Below, piece after piece: positions 45,298-55,128 of a DNA stretch of 64,000 bases (position 1 is the stretch's first letter; each line of letters begins with the position of its first letter). The translations under genes and the position numbers were made by a program. The DNA is taken from the NCBI GenBank assembly GCA_041489925.1, contig JBGPSD010000002.1, forward strand, positions 55,449 to 119,448, read 5' to 3'. The DNA is from Candidatus Nanoarchaeia archaeon. Lineage in GTDB: Archaea > Nanobdellota > Nanobdellia > Woesearchaeales > ARS49. The notes below the pieces were generated by a model that did no database searches, was not told the origin of the DNA, and saw nothing but the letters and a program-made list of their open reading frames with translations.

Positions 45298-46669
45298 CCG
45301 GGTTCAAAATAACAACCTTGCCGAGTGGTTTTGAGAAGTCGCCGCTCTTTGCTTCATCGTTCTGCGTGTACTCATACCACACCTGCAAGTTAAGGCTGCG
45401 CTCCTGCTCTTCTGCCCCGCCTGCGGGTATTGTGAATTCAACACTCTGCACATCGCCCTTGTTTGCGAGCTCCTTGCCAATTACTGCAGACGCGACTTCC
45501 TGCGAGCCGTCAAGCAGCTTCAGGTCTGTTAGCTTCACTGAGCCGATTGTGTCCTGCTTCTGCTGGAGCTTGAAGTCAATTGTGAACTTGTCTGTTTTTA
45601 CATTGAATGGCGAATTGTACTTGTAAGTGTTCTGAAGCTCAAACACGCCCATTGACCTGGGGTCAAACAATGCCTGTGGCTGGACTGTAATTCCTTGCTT
45701 AAGCTGGGCGACACAGCTGTTTGCAACGCAGCTTCTTGCAAGGTATGTGCCCCCTCCTGTGCACGGACCGCAGTCAGCAGGGCACGTGCATTTTGTTTCA
45801 GAGCCATCGCATATGCCGTTTCCGCAGGCTCCGGGGATTGGCTTGTAGTTGCAGAAGAAACTTGTCTGGAGCCCGCATTCCTCTTTCATTCCCGCAATCT
45901 TTTCGCATACAGGGCAGCCTGATGACGCGTTCGGCCTTGCCCACGCGAATTTCAGGGACTGGTATGAGTTTGCAAGTGTTGCGCTCTTTGGCGTGGATGA
46001 CGAGCCTGATTTCTGGACATAGTCAAGGTACACCTTGAGGTTGAGGTTGGTAAGCTCGCCGTCGCGGTCTGCTGTTGGGAAATCAATTATCAGCCTTTCT
46101 TTTGCAGTGCTTCCCTCGAAAAGGTTCCTGTTCACTGCCTTGTCTGCGAGCTGTATTGTGCGCTTGTCTGGCGTCATTGCTGTAAGCTCAAGGCGGGAAA
46201 TCTTGATGTCGCTCATTCCTGATGCAAGGGAATTGATTCCGAACTCGAGCATGAACTGGTCTTTCTTTGTGTTGAACGGCTGGTTGAATGTTGTTGTTGC
46301 CTCAATCTTGCTGCCGCCTGTAGAAAGCTCTTTGGTCTGCGTTATCGGCTTCTGCGCTGTCGCTGGAATGTCCTGCACGCATGCAGTGTTGTCTTTGTTG
46401 CAGGTCTGCTCAAGGTATTTGCCAAGCTTTCCAGAGCAGTCTCCGCAGTCATCAGTGCAGGAGCACGTGTTTTCCCCTACTTTTGCCTCGCAAAGTCCAT
46501 TGCCGCATTCTCCTGGGATTGGAGTGTACTGGCACTTCTTGTCAACGCATTTTGCAGTGTAGTATGCCTTTACGCACTGTTCGTCTTTTTTGCATTCTGC
46601 CTTTCCACAGCCTGCAAGTATCAGAAGCAAAGCGATAACTGCTATTATTACTAGGTGTCTGCACCTCAT
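45290..46669 (-). CDS. Cys-rich lipoprotein with an internal two-fold duplication
   Basis: Lipobox LAGC; two copies of a (Cys-rich module C..C..G.CE...C.C.DCG.C plus beta domain) unit. Confidence 0.55.
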   Translation of the reverse strand: MRCRHLVIIAVIALLLILAGCGKAECKKDEQCVKAYYTAKCVDKKCQYTPIPGECGNGLCEAKVGENTCSCTDDCGDCSGKLGKYLEQTCNKDNTACVQDIPATAQKPITQTKELSTGGSKIEATTTFNQPFNTKKDQFMLEFGINSLASGMSDIKISRLELTAMTPDKRTIQLADKAVNRNLFEGSTAKERLIIDFPTADRDGELTNLNLKVYLDYVQKSGSSSTPKSATLANSYQSLKFAWARPNASSGCPVCEKIAGMKEECGLQTSFFCNYKPIPGACGNGICDGSETKCTCPADCGPCTGGGTYLARSCVANSCVAQLKQGITVQPQALFDPRSMGVFELQNTYKYNSPFNVKTDKFTIDFKLQQKQDTIGSVKLTDLKLLDGSQEVASAVIGKELANKGDVQSVEFTIPAGGAEEQERSLNLQVWYEYTQNDEAKSGDFSKPLGKVVILNPDV

Positions 46670-46731
46670 TTTGTGTTAATCTGGCAGGTATTTGTATATA
46701 AATATTACTTAATTACAGAACTTCTCTTTGT

Positions 46732-46935
46732 TTAATCCTTACTGTGTATGCCGAGCCAGTTCACCATAGGGCAATAGCCGATGAAGCTTTCAACCAGTGC
46801 GATTATGCCCAGAAGCACAATCAGCATGTTTGCCCATCCGCAGTGCCAGAATCTTGGTGCAAGAGGCCCAAGCAGCCAGAATGCAAGGATAAACCTGAGT
46901 GCCCTGTCCAGTGTTCCAAGGTTTTGCTTAATCAT
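46732..46935 (-). CDS. DUF2892 (YgaP-like) small membrane protein
   Basis: LGTLDRALRFILAF...YCPMVNWLGI pattern typical of this family. Confidence 0.45.
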   Translation of the reverse strand: MIKQNLGTLDRALRFILAFWLLGPLAPRFWHCGWANMLIVLLGIIALVESFIGYCPMVNWLGIHSKD

Positions 46936-47153
46936 CGTAATTGCTCAAACTCCGAGATTATTATCCACGCAAATATTAGCATTATCACGGCGCCTGCGCC
47001 TATGAACCATGCTCCATTCTGGAACGTGTCAGTAATGCTTGTGTACAAGCCCCAGCCGATGAATGCTGTGCCCAGCCAGAGGAACTTGTCAAGTACCATC
47101 CTCATTATGTCAAATTCCTCTGAATGTGTCAGCCTTCGTTTTATCTTTGCCAT
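46932..47153 (-). CDS. small membrane protein
   Basis: 73 aa, two TM helices, 4-nt overlap with the neighbouring gene. Confidence 0.35.
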   Translation of the reverse strand: MAKIKRRLTHSEEFDIMRMVLDKFLWLGTAFIGWGLYTSITDTFQNGAWFIGAGAVIMLIFAWIIISEFEQLR

Positions 47154-47154
47154 T

Positions 47155-47784
47155 TTAGCTCAGTATGATGTGGAATGGTTTTGTCTGGGTGCTCCAGGTG
47201 CTTGTTGCGCCGCAGCAGTCTGCGCCTTCCTCGCAGTCAGTTTCGCCCTGGTAAACATACAGCTTCATCAGGTATGTGTCAGGGTTTGCGTTTGCAATCT
47301 GCATTGTGGCTGGCGAGACAGAAATGTCTCCACCTGGAACCTCAAATTCGCTTAACAGGCTCGGGAACCAATTCTCGCCTGATGCGGGCCTGTTGTTGTC
47401 CGCGTCCCTTCCGCCCACCTGGACGTTGGGCTGTCCCCCACTAATGCATTCTTCTGTATTGAATGCCTTTACGCACCCAATTGAAATCCTGAAACATCTT
47501 GTTTGTGGTGCATTATTGCGCACTCCTATGTGGAATGGGAATGGCGAGCCGCGCTTGACCTCAAGTTCTGTGCCCTTGTCCATGACAACGAGCTCTCCTG
47601 AATCCTCCATGTTCTTCCTGAGCTGGTCCTTGATTTTGGCGAACTCACCGCCGATAAGCTCTGTTCCGCCCTTGAACATGTTCTTGATGAAGAATATTGC
47701 AAGCCCGAGAAGCGTGATTGCGATGATAAGAACGACAATTGCAGTGATTGAAAGCTCCAATGCACCCTTTTTGTTCCTGCGCAT
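47155..47784 (-). CDS. pilin-like protein with a class III signal peptide
   Basis: MRRNKKG/ALELSITAIVVLIIAITLLGLAIFF. Confidence 0.55.
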   Translation of the reverse strand: MRRNKKGALELSITAIVVLIIAITLLGLAIFFIKNMFKGGTELIGGEFAKIKDQLRKNMEDSGELVVMDKGTELEVKRGSPFPFHIGVRNNAPQTRCFRISIGCVKAFNTEECISGGQPNVQVGGRDADNNRPASGENWFPSLLSEFEVPGGDISVSPATMQIANANPDTYLMKLYVYQGETDCEEGADCCGATSTWSTQTKPFHIILS

Positions 47785-47949
47785 ACTGCACCTCTTTTTG
47801 ACTGTAAGGCAAAAAGAGACCAGCCAACCTCAGTTGGTGCTGCCTCTCTTTTGTATGAAGACGGTGATAACTTAATTCGTTTATAAACTTTTCCCTATGT
47901 TCTGCGGTGTCTGTCAGCACTGCACAATTTTATAAATCACACTGCGGTT

Positions 47950-48336
47950 ATGCCTGTTATGGCAGACGAGAGTGAAGCAAAACAGCTTTATTTCCAATCC
48001 CCTGCAGGCACAACAGGAATTAACTGCGGTATTTCATACTGGGTCTTGAAGACAGCTGCAGGGCTGAGAGTCAGCGAAATACGCGCACCAGGCACAGTCG
48101 GGCTGCTTTATGCGTGCCATCCTCACGAATACAGCCCCACCAAGGAAAGGCTGTCGTTCAAGGCATTTACAGGCAGCGAAATAATAACTTATCTTCCCAC
48201 ATTCCCTTCACACTGGCGTGAAGAAAGGCCCACTCTTGTTAGCGAGCTTTATTTTGACACAAACCGGAAAGTATTCCTTTACAATAAACATAATCTTGCC
48301 GACACTCTTGATTTCATCGTCATTGAGGGTGAGTAG
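47950..48336 (+). CDS. hypothetical protein
   Basis: 128-aa ORF, no motifs. Confidence 0.35.
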   Translation: MPVMADESEAKQLYFQSPAGTTGINCGISYWVLKTAAGLRVSEIRAPGTVGLLYACHPHEYSPTKERLSFKAFTGSEIITYLPTFPSHWREERPTLVSELYFDTNRKVFLYNKHNLADTLDFIVIEGE

Positions 48337-48388
48337 TCCCTGGCGCTACAACATAGCGTTATATCTGTTTCTTGCTTGATGTGTTACC

Positions 48389-48814
48389 ATGGACAAGACA
48401 AGAGTGCTTTATTTGTCAAGGGAAATGTTTCATAACCCCGCAGTATCGTACGGGCTTGGGGATAATTATGAAGTTATGTCTTTCATCGGCGAAAACATCG
48501 AAGACCTGCCAGATATGCTTGCAACCCCTCCTGAGTACAAGCGGATTGATGCGCTAATCACCTGCGTTCCCCACAATCTACTTACAAACACATATGACCG
48601 CAGCCTTGAAATACTCAGGCAGGTCAGGCAAACGCATCCGAAAATGCCGATTATAGCTTACACTGCAGCCTGCGCTGATGAAAAGGTCAGGTTTGCAACC
48701 CAGCGCAGCATTGACGCTATTGTGGAAAACAACGGCCAGTCTCAGCGCCAGTTTGACGCTGACCGCCTGAGAAAAGTCCTTGATGGCTTTTTCGGCAGGG
48801 GAAGCGCAGAATGA
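48389..48814 (+). CDS. hypothetical protein with a receiver-like (CheY-fold-like) pattern lacking canonical phospho-acceptor residues
   Basis: Alternating beta/alpha pattern RVLYLS...IDALITCV...MPIIAYTA but no conserved DD/D/K. Confidence 0.35.
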   Translation: MDKTRVLYLSREMFHNPAVSYGLGDNYEVMSFIGENIEDLPDMLATPPEYKRIDALITCVPHNLLTNTYDRSLEILRQVRQTHPKMPIIAYTAACADEKVRFATQRSIDAIVENNGQSQRQFDADRLRKVLDGFFGRGSAE

Positions 48815-49158
48815 GTGACGTTCCTGAACTGCAGAAAAAGGAAGGAAGCACTTACGTTTCTGCAGATGTCTGCTGGCAGACTCCTTTGCGCTGCGTTTGT
48901 ATGTTTGTTAATGCCTGCCAAAAGCTTTATGCGCAATATAACCGGAAAATGACCTTGAAGTCAGCCAAGGAGGATTGGAATTTTGATGAATCTGATTGCA
49001 CATGCTCGCTTGAGACGCTGTGTATTGCTGCTTCGCTGAAAGTCAATATTATTGTCCAGGGCGAGGACAAGATTGCTGAAGATATTGCAAGGCAGCTTTA
49101 TTCAGGGCTTGCTTCTCCCAGCTGCTTTGAGTTTGACATGCACAAGTATGACTCGTAG
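48811..49158 (+). CDS. hypothetical protein
   Basis: 115-aa ORF overlapping the upstream gene by 4 nt. Confidence 0.35.
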   Translation: MSDVPELQKKEGSTYVSADVCWQTPLRCVCMFVNACQKLYAQYNRKMTLKSAKEDWNFDESDCTCSLETLCIAASLKVNIIVQGEDKIAEDIARQLYSGLASPSCFEFDMHKYDS

Positions 49159-49188
49159 AAACATTTTTATTCAACAGCCATTGTTTGT

Positions 49189-49890
49189 TTGGTTATGGCA
49201 AAGGTTGTTCTCGTTACAGGCGGAAACACAGGCATAGGTGCGGCAATAGTCCAGGCATTTTCTGAAAAGGGCTATTCTGTAATAATTCACTATTATGAAC
49301 TGCAGAGCGAGGCTGAAAAAATGGTCTGCTCCTCAAAGGGAAAGTGCGTAATGGTTGAGGGTGACATAACCAAGAAAGCAACGCTTCAGGCATTGCTTGA
49401 TATGGTGAAGAAAATGGGCGGGATTGACGTGCTTGTGAACAACGCAGGCATCAATATCCAGAAGGATATTTTCACAGCAGAGGAAAAAGACTGGATTGAC
49501 ACTTTCAAAGTCAATGTTTTTGCGCCGTTTAATCTTATTCAGATGCTCGCGCCCCATTTGAAAAAGTCAAAAGGCAGTATTGTGAACATCGGCTCAATCA
49601 GAGCTCAAATTCCAAGGGAAGGAAACATTGTTTATGGTGCGTCAAAGGCTGCGCTTGTCAATCTCACAAAGGCAGCTGCAAAGTCCCTTGCTCCTGGTGT
49701 GCGGGTTAACTGCATCAGCCCTGGTCCAACGCTAACAAGGATGCAGAAGGGAAAGCCAGAGACAGAGGCTGAAACAATCATTGGCAGGCGCGGAAAGCCA
49801 GAGGAAGTCGCGCAAATGGTTGTTGCAGTCGCTGAAAACACGTTCATGACAGGCTCAAATGTGATAATAGACGGCGGGGCTTTGCTTTAA
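49189..49890 (+). CDS. short-chain dehydrogenase/reductase (SDR)
   Basis: TGGNTGIGAAI, NNAG, YGASK catalytic Tyr/Lys. Confidence 0.8.
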   Translation: MVMAKVVLVTGGNTGIGAAIVQAFSEKGYSVIIHYYELQSEAEKMVCSSKGKCVMVEGDITKKATLQALLDMVKKMGGIDVLVNNAGINIQKDIFTAEEKDWIDTFKVNVFAPFNLIQMLAPHLKKSKGSIVNIGSIRAQIPREGNIVYGASKAALVNLTKAAAKSLAPGVRVNCISPGPTLTRMQKGKPETEAETIIGRRGKPEEVAQMVVAVAENTFMTGSNVIIDGGALL

Positions 49891-50703
49891 TCACGCAAGC
49901 ATTGCGTGGAATATTGGCGCTGTTGCGAATGTTTCTATGAATGCCGCGAGTATTATGAACAATATGCCTGCTATCAGCAGGAAGAAGCAGTTCTGGGCGA
50001 CATTGTGAAGCTCATTTCCCTTTAGCTTTTCGTGGATTATCCCGCGCGAGAGCGCTGCGCCAGCAATTGCCGCAAGTATGTAGCCTGCGCTTTCAGGAAG
50101 CAGGTGCAGAAGTGATACTGCAGTGAGCTGCCATGCCCCTGCCCAGCGGTGGAAAATCTGGACGACAAAAGCTGCGAAAACAGAGGCATTGTATGCGATT
50201 ATGAACGTGGCTCCTGCGCCGTAAAACAGGGAAAGTATGAATCCTATGATAAGATAAGAGAGGTTGTGAGATGCAAGCGCAAATGCATTGGCTATTGATG
50301 GCGTGTACGGGTTTAAGCTGAAATTCTGGATTACTTCAGGTCTCAAATGGCTTTGCAAAAGCTGGTTTGTCTGGTATTCAAGCGTAGCCTGGTTGACCAT
50401 TCCAATAATTATAAATCCTGCGAGCAATCCGAGAAACGCGCCGGTATAGCACTTAAACAGCGTGTGGTGCCTTCTCCAGAAATGGCTGCTTCCTGTCCTT
50501 TCAATCTTTTCCTCCATGACAATCAAATGATGCAGGCTGGGAACAAGCAGTATTGTCAGCAAAAGCACTGTCGCAAGGCTCTGGTTTGGAAAGAATAACT
50601 GCATTGATGCATACGCGATAAAGACATATGCTGCGCTCAGGAAAAAGACAAAAGAGAAATGCCTGATGACAATCTTCCTGTCAAGAAGCTGTTCAAGCAC
50701 CAT
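49891..50703 (-). CDS. polytopic membrane protein (SpoIIM/DUF95-like topology)
   Basis: Six or seven TM helices; family call is weak. Confidence 0.45.
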   Translation of the reverse strand: MVLEQLLDRKIVIRHFSFVFFLSAAYVFIAYASMQLFFPNQSLATVLLLTILLVPSLHHLIVMEEKIERTGSSHFWRRHHTLFKCYTGAFLGLLAGFIIIGMVNQATLEYQTNQLLQSHLRPEVIQNFSLNPYTPSIANAFALASHNLSYLIIGFILSLFYGAGATFIIAYNASVFAAFVVQIFHRWAGAWQLTAVSLLHLLPESAGYILAAIAGAALSRGIIHEKLKGNELHNVAQNCFFLLIAGILFIILAAFIETFATAPIFHAMLA

Positions 50704-50704
50704 T

Positions 50705-53089
50705 TTATGGGTAGAACTGCGGCTTGGAATTTTTTCTCATCCTGCGGAAAGCATAAGTTCCAAGCGCTATTAACAATAAGAGCAGGACTCCAATTCCAAA
50801 CCACTTCATTCTTGTGTTAAGGTTGAATATGCCTGTTGCCTGCGGCTGTATTATTGGCAGCTCCCCTGTTTCTGCGGGAGCTGTTTCCCCTGAAGGCTGG
50901 ATGTTTACAGTTTCAGGCGCAGGGGTTGGCTGCGGCGGATGGCTGCCTGTCACAAGTGGCAATTGTGGCAATATTATCGGCTCCTGTCCTCCTGTTGGTG
51001 CTGGTGGCGGTGTGTTTTGCGTTGTTGTTCTGTGTCCTCCGCCTCCTCCACCGCCGCCCCCGCCTCCTGTTGTGACTATCGGGTTAACGACATTGACTGT
51101 TCTTGTTACATTGGCAGCTTCATTGCCTGAATTGTCAGTCATCAGGTATGTTATGTAGTATGTTCCTGCAACGCTTGAGTTAACCTCTCCTGTTGTTGTT
51201 ATTGTGCCATTCTCATTTGCACTTACTCCTGGGTCTGTGAATACGCTTCCTGTCTGGATTGTCATCGGGTTGTCGCCGATAATCGTGATTACTGGCGGCG
51301 TTGTGTCTTCAACAATCACAGTCCTTGTCGCCTGCGCTGTATTTTTTGCTGCATCGCTGACATTGTATATTACTGTGTAAGTGCCGACTGTGTTCGGGTC
51401 AATAGGATTTATTGTTACTATTGCGCTTGTCAGGTCGCCATCAATATCATCCATTGCTGTTGCGCCAGAATCATTGTATGGTGTTGTCCTTTCAATTGTT
51501 ACTGTGCTGTTTCCAAGCACTGTGATTACTGGCGGTGTAACATCAACTACGTTTACAATCCTTGTGACTGTCATTGCAGCATTTCCTGAAGAGTCAGACA
51601 CATCATATGTTACAGAGTAAGCGCCGATTGCATTTGTATTAACATTGCTTGTTGTCACAATATTTGCAGTTATGTCTCCGTCTGCATTGTCAAGGGCTGT
51701 TGCGCCTGCGTCAACATAAGACGTGTTTATTGGCACATTAACAGGGGTTGTGCCAAGCAAGGTTATTATTGGAACCTCCTTATCTGTTACATTTACTATG
51801 CGCTCTGCGTGTGCTGTGTTGCCTGAGGAGTCATTGACATCATATGTCACGGTCTGCACTCCGAGCACGCTTGTATTCACCATGTTGACGGTTATTATTG
51901 AGCCTGTGATGTCTCCGTCGTAATTATCATCTGCTGTAGCGCCTTCGTCAGTGTAAACGTCTCCATAGCTGACAGGGGCAGGGTTTGCGCCAATCACAGT
52001 TATTACTGGCGCTGTTGTGTCAACAACGTTTACTATGCGGACTGCGACTCCTATGTTTCCTGCCGAGTCATTGACACTGTATGTCACGGTGTATGTTCCT
52101 AACAAGAGCTGGTTTAATGTGCTGACTGTGACTATTGCCCCAGTTATGTCGCCATCAGTGTCATCAATCGCTGTGGCATTCTCTTCAATATACGGGGGGG
52201 TGAGCACTTCAATAGTCATGTTGCTTGAGCCGAGAGTTGTAATTACTGGCGGGGTTATGTCAAGCACAGTGAGTGTTGCGGTGTCATTAACTGAGCCGTG
52301 GGTTCCTGTGACTGTCCAGACTCCTGCCTTTTCCGCTGTGTAAACGTTTGCTGAGAAGCTTCCATTTGCAAGCGGGTCTATTGAGAATGTTGTTGATGAT
52401 GTCAAAATTCCTGTTGGATTGTTAAATTGGTCGCGCCCTGTTGCAGAATAACTGCGGCTGCTGCTTTGGTTAATTGTTGCATGGCTTGGCGAGATAACTA
52501 GTGTTGCGACTGCACCAGGCACTTCCTTGAGTGTGCCAAGCGTGTATCCGTATTCAATGCCTGTGATTTCTGAGTCTGAGTCTTCGCTCAATATTATATT
52601 CCCATATATCAGGGGGGTTCCTGCTGCCGGCATCACGCTGATGTTAACAAACAGCAGACTGTTCGGTACAGATGACTGGGTAGTCACCATAAACGTGACG
52701 TGCGTGCTGTCAATTGCCAGAACAGGAATCGCAGTGCCGTTTGCAACCCCGTTTATGTTTTGTGAGGGGTCATCAGGGTCATTGCTGTTTGTGACTATTG
52801 CCGCAACAGCCGCGCCTATGTCAATTTCAAAGCCGTTTGGAATTTCAATAATGATATTTCCAGCGCCGATCTGCCCTGGTGCTGTTTCAACGATTTCAGG
52901 ACCTGTAAGCAGGGTGTATGTTTCGTTTGCTGCGCCTGCGGAAGTGTCTGCGGAAATTGTATCGCCGCCCGAGGCAGTATTGACGTAAGCGACATAAGTG
53001 CCAATCATTGCGCTTGTAGAACAGATTGCGATTAGGAGTAGAACGAGTGCGAAAATTATCCTTGCCTGTTTCACTGCCGAAGGTATCAT
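50705..53089 (-). CDS. cell-surface protein with tandem Ig-like (DUF5011-like) repeats, a poly-Gly/Pro linker and a C-terminal TM anchor
   Basis: At least five repeats of the form A(T/L)D..DGDIT..I.T....N....G.Y.VTY.V.D..GN.A...R.VNVVD.T.PVIT; linker GGGGGGGGGGGHRTTTQNTPPPAP; C-terminal MKWFGIGVLLLLLIALGTYAFRRMRK. Confidence 0.65.
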   Translation of the reverse strand: MIPSAVKQARIIFALVLLLIAICSTSAMIGTYVAYVNTASGGDTISADTSAGAANETYTLLTGPEIVETAPGQIGAGNIIIEIPNGFEIDIGAAVAAIVTNSNDPDDPSQNINGVANGTAIPVLAIDSTHVTFMVTTQSSVPNSLLFVNISVMPAAGTPLIYGNIILSEDSDSEITGIEYGYTLGTLKEVPGAVATLVISPSHATINQSSSRSYSATGRDQFNNPTGILTSSTTFSIDPLANGSFSANVYTAEKAGVWTVTGTHGSVNDTATLTVLDITPPVITTLGSSNMTIEVLTPPYIEENATAIDDTDGDITGAIVTVSTLNQLLLGTYTVTYSVNDSAGNIGVAVRIVNVVDTTAPVITVIGANPAPVSYGDVYTDEGATADDNYDGDITGSIITVNMVNTSVLGVQTVTYDVNDSSGNTAHAERIVNVTDKEVPIITLLGTTPVNVPINTSYVDAGATALDNADGDITANIVTTSNVNTNAIGAYSVTYDVSDSSGNAAMTVTRIVNVVDVTPPVITVLGNSTVTIERTTPYNDSGATAMDDIDGDLTSAIVTINPIDPNTVGTYTVIYNVSDAAKNTAQATRTVIVEDTTPPVITIIGDNPMTIQTGSVFTDPGVSANENGTITTTGEVNSSVAGTYYITYLMTDNSGNEAANVTRTVNVVNPIVTTGGGGGGGGGGGHRTTTQNTPPPAPTGGQEPIILPQLPLVTGSHPPQPTPAPETVNIQPSGETAPAETGELPIIQPQATGIFNLNTRMKWFGIGVLLLLLIALGTYAFRRMRKNSKPQFYP

Positions 53090-53196
53090 ACTAAAAAAGC
53101 CAGTATACTATTTGTGTATATAAAGATATTGGAAAAATGCGGTCTCTCATAGTGGGACAGCAAGCTTTAAATAGGACGGGCGGACTTTTTTGGGTT

Positions 53197-53721
53197 ATGA
53201 CGCGGCTTCGCAAGTTCGTGGCGTATAGGGCGCTTGAAAGGCCTTACACAAGGTTCTCGAAGTACAAGAGTCTCTCTTATGTCCGTTCAAGGCCGGTTTG
53301 CAAGGTTGTCCGCTTTGATGTGGGCGAAGTTGCAAAGAAGTTCCCTTACACTCTTGACCTTGTCTCAAAGTCTGATTTGCAGATACGCGACAATGCGATT
53401 GAGAGCGCAAGGCAGACCTGCAACAGGCTCCTCGAGAAGACTCTTGGAAAAACAGGCTTCCGCTTTATGACGAGGATTTACCCGCACCATATTTTGAGGG
53501 AGAACCCGCTCGCTTCAGGCGCAGGAGCAGACCGTTTAAGCACAGGAATGGCGCACTCATTCGGAAAAACCATCGGCATTGCCGCACAGGTTCACACAGG
53601 CAAGGCATTGTTCACAATCCACACTAGCAAGGAAAACCTCGCTGTCGCGCGAAAGGCATTGAAGCGCGCGAGCTACAAGGTTCCGTGCAAATGCTCGATA
53701 ATCACTGTTGAAAACAAATGA
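53197..53721 (+). CDS. rpl10e: 50S ribosomal protein L10e (uL16)
   Basis: ERPYTRFSKYK...RIYPHHILRENPLASGAGADRLSTGM...KVPCKC, collinear with archaeal L10e; start chosen at MTRLRKF. Confidence 0.8.
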   Translation: MTRLRKFVAYRALERPYTRFSKYKSLSYVRSRPVCKVVRFDVGEVAKKFPYTLDLVSKSDLQIRDNAIESARQTCNRLLEKTLGKTGFRFMTRIYPHHILRENPLASGAGADRLSTGMAHSFGKTIGIAAQVHTGKALFTIHTSKENLAVARKALKRASYKVPCKCSIITVENK

Positions 53722-53728
53722 GGTGGTC

Positions 53729-53899
53729 ATGATGGCAGACAAGCCAAATGTCCGAGACGCTGAAAATGCGGTCCGTGATTTGAAGAACTGGATTGCGGTT
53801 TTTGCGCAGGAATACAAACTTCCTGAAGAGGCAATCAAGACTTTGCACCAGAAGATAGACGAGCTGGCGGCAAAGATTGGCAATATCAAGTGCGCTTAA
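53729..53899 (+). CDS. small hypothetical protein
   Basis: 56-aa helical ORF following L10e. Confidence 0.3.
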   Translation: MMADKPNVRDAENAVRDLKNWIAVFAQEYKLPEEAIKTLHQKIDELAAKIGNIKCA

Positions 53900-53900
53900 G

Positions 53901-54065
53901 ATGGCAAAGTTCAAGTGTCATAAGTGCGGCAGGACAAGCGAGAAGACAGGAACCTGCCCTGCGTGCAATGTTGCTTTTGAGAGGGAATGCCCTGTCTGCG
54001 GCCATGGCTTTGACCAGTGCATCTGCACAGGCGGCTCAACAAAGGAGCCAAGGGCAAAGCACTGA
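53901..54065 (+). CDS. small zinc-ribbon protein
   Basis: CHKCG...CPAC...CPVCG...C: four Cys pairs in 54 aa. Confidence 0.45.
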   Translation: MAKFKCHKCGRTSEKTGTCPACNVAFERECPVCGHGFDQCICTGGSTKEPRAKH

Positions 54066-54102
54066 ACCGCAGGTTTAAAAGCAGCGATTTTTTATTACAG
54101 CC

Positions 54103-55128
54103 ATGCAACTAATGACAGTGATTACTCATCCGGCAGTTATGGCTGCTTTCTGGATTATTGGAGGGATAATACTTGCTGTTGCCTCTATTATTATCATCAA
54201 CATTCTTGAGACTCTTGCCGAAAGGAAAAAGCTTGAAACAACAGCCGCTATTATTGCAGAGCTGAGAATCCTGCTTGCAGCAGCATTTCTTCTTGCAGGC
54301 ATTTATGTCGGAATTATATGGGCAGGGGTCCAGCAAAAATGGGTTTACGGTTTTTTAAAGACGCTTATTATTGCGGTTTCTGCGTATTGTGTTATCAGCA
54401 TTTCAACAACACTGATACAGAAGTGGCTTGTGCGCATTGTCCGCAAGACTCCAACTCGCTCAGATGACAATTTCCTGTCCTTGTTCCAGGGCTTTTTCAA
54501 GCTCGCCATACTCATACTTGCTTTTGCGCTCATACTTACAAACTGGGGAATTCACGTCACAGCATTAATCGCAGGACTCGGCATTGCAGGTTTGGCAGTC
54601 GGCCTTGCCTTGCAGGGCACAATGGCAAACATTCTTGGCGGGCTTGCATTGATTATTGACGACACTTTCAATGTTGGCGACACAATCCACCTTGACACAG
54701 GAGAGACAGGCGAAATCATCCACGTCGGCCTGCGCAGCACGAAAATACTCACTGATGACGCCCAGCTGATTGTAATGCCAAACAGCGCGCTTGCCAATGC
54801 AAAGATAACAAATTTCTCGCTTCCAACGCCCCATTTGCGAATCGTGATAGATGTTAATGTCGCTTACGGCAGCAATGCGAACAAGGTGAGAAAGATTTTG
54901 CTTGGCTCATTGAAAGGAGTCAAGGACGTTATGAAGCACCCAGAGCCGATTGTCCACTTCAAGGACATGGCTGAGTCCGCTCTCCAGTTTCAGCTGAAGT
55001 TTTTCATTGACGACTACCGCAACCGGCACAATTTAAGAAGCGAAGTTGTCCAGCGCGTTTACGAAAACCTGCAGCTCGCAGGCATAGACATTCCATTCCC
55101 GACAAGGACGCTGTATATGAAGAAGTAA
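54103..55128 (+). CDS. mechanosensitive ion channel, MscS family
   Basis: Three or four N-terminal TM helices, then ...GLALQGTMANILGGLALIIDDTFNVGDTIHL. Confidence 0.8.
   Translation: MQLMTVITHPAVMAAFWIIGGIILAVASIIIINILETLAERKKLETTAAIIAELRILLAAAFLLAGIYVGIIWAGVQQKWVYGFLKTLIIAVSAYCVISISTTLIQKWLVRIVRKTPTRSDDNFLSLFQGFFKLAILILAFALILTNWGIHVTALIAGLGIAGLAVGLALQGTMANILGGLALIIDDTFNVGDTIHLDTGETGEIIHVGLRSTKILTDDAQLIVMPNSALANAKITNFSLPTPHLRIVIDVNVAYGSNANKVRKILLGSLKGVKDVMKHPEPIVHFKDMAESALQFQLKFFIDDYRNRHNLRSEVVQRVYENLQLAGIDIPFPTRTLYMKK

Noticed and set aside
51040-51075. Poly-G/C tract (ggcggtggaggaggcggaggac...) as a regulatory G-quadruplex or slippery site
   Set aside because: It lies inside a continuous ORF and encodes an in-frame poly-Gly linker; it is treated as coding, with possible length variability noted only as a side remark
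53137-53196. 20 extra N-terminal codons of the L10e ORF (MRSLIVGQQALNRTGGLFWV)
   Set aside because: Archaeal L10e proteins begin close to the conserved (R)PYTR motif; the internal Met at 53197 gives the canonical length
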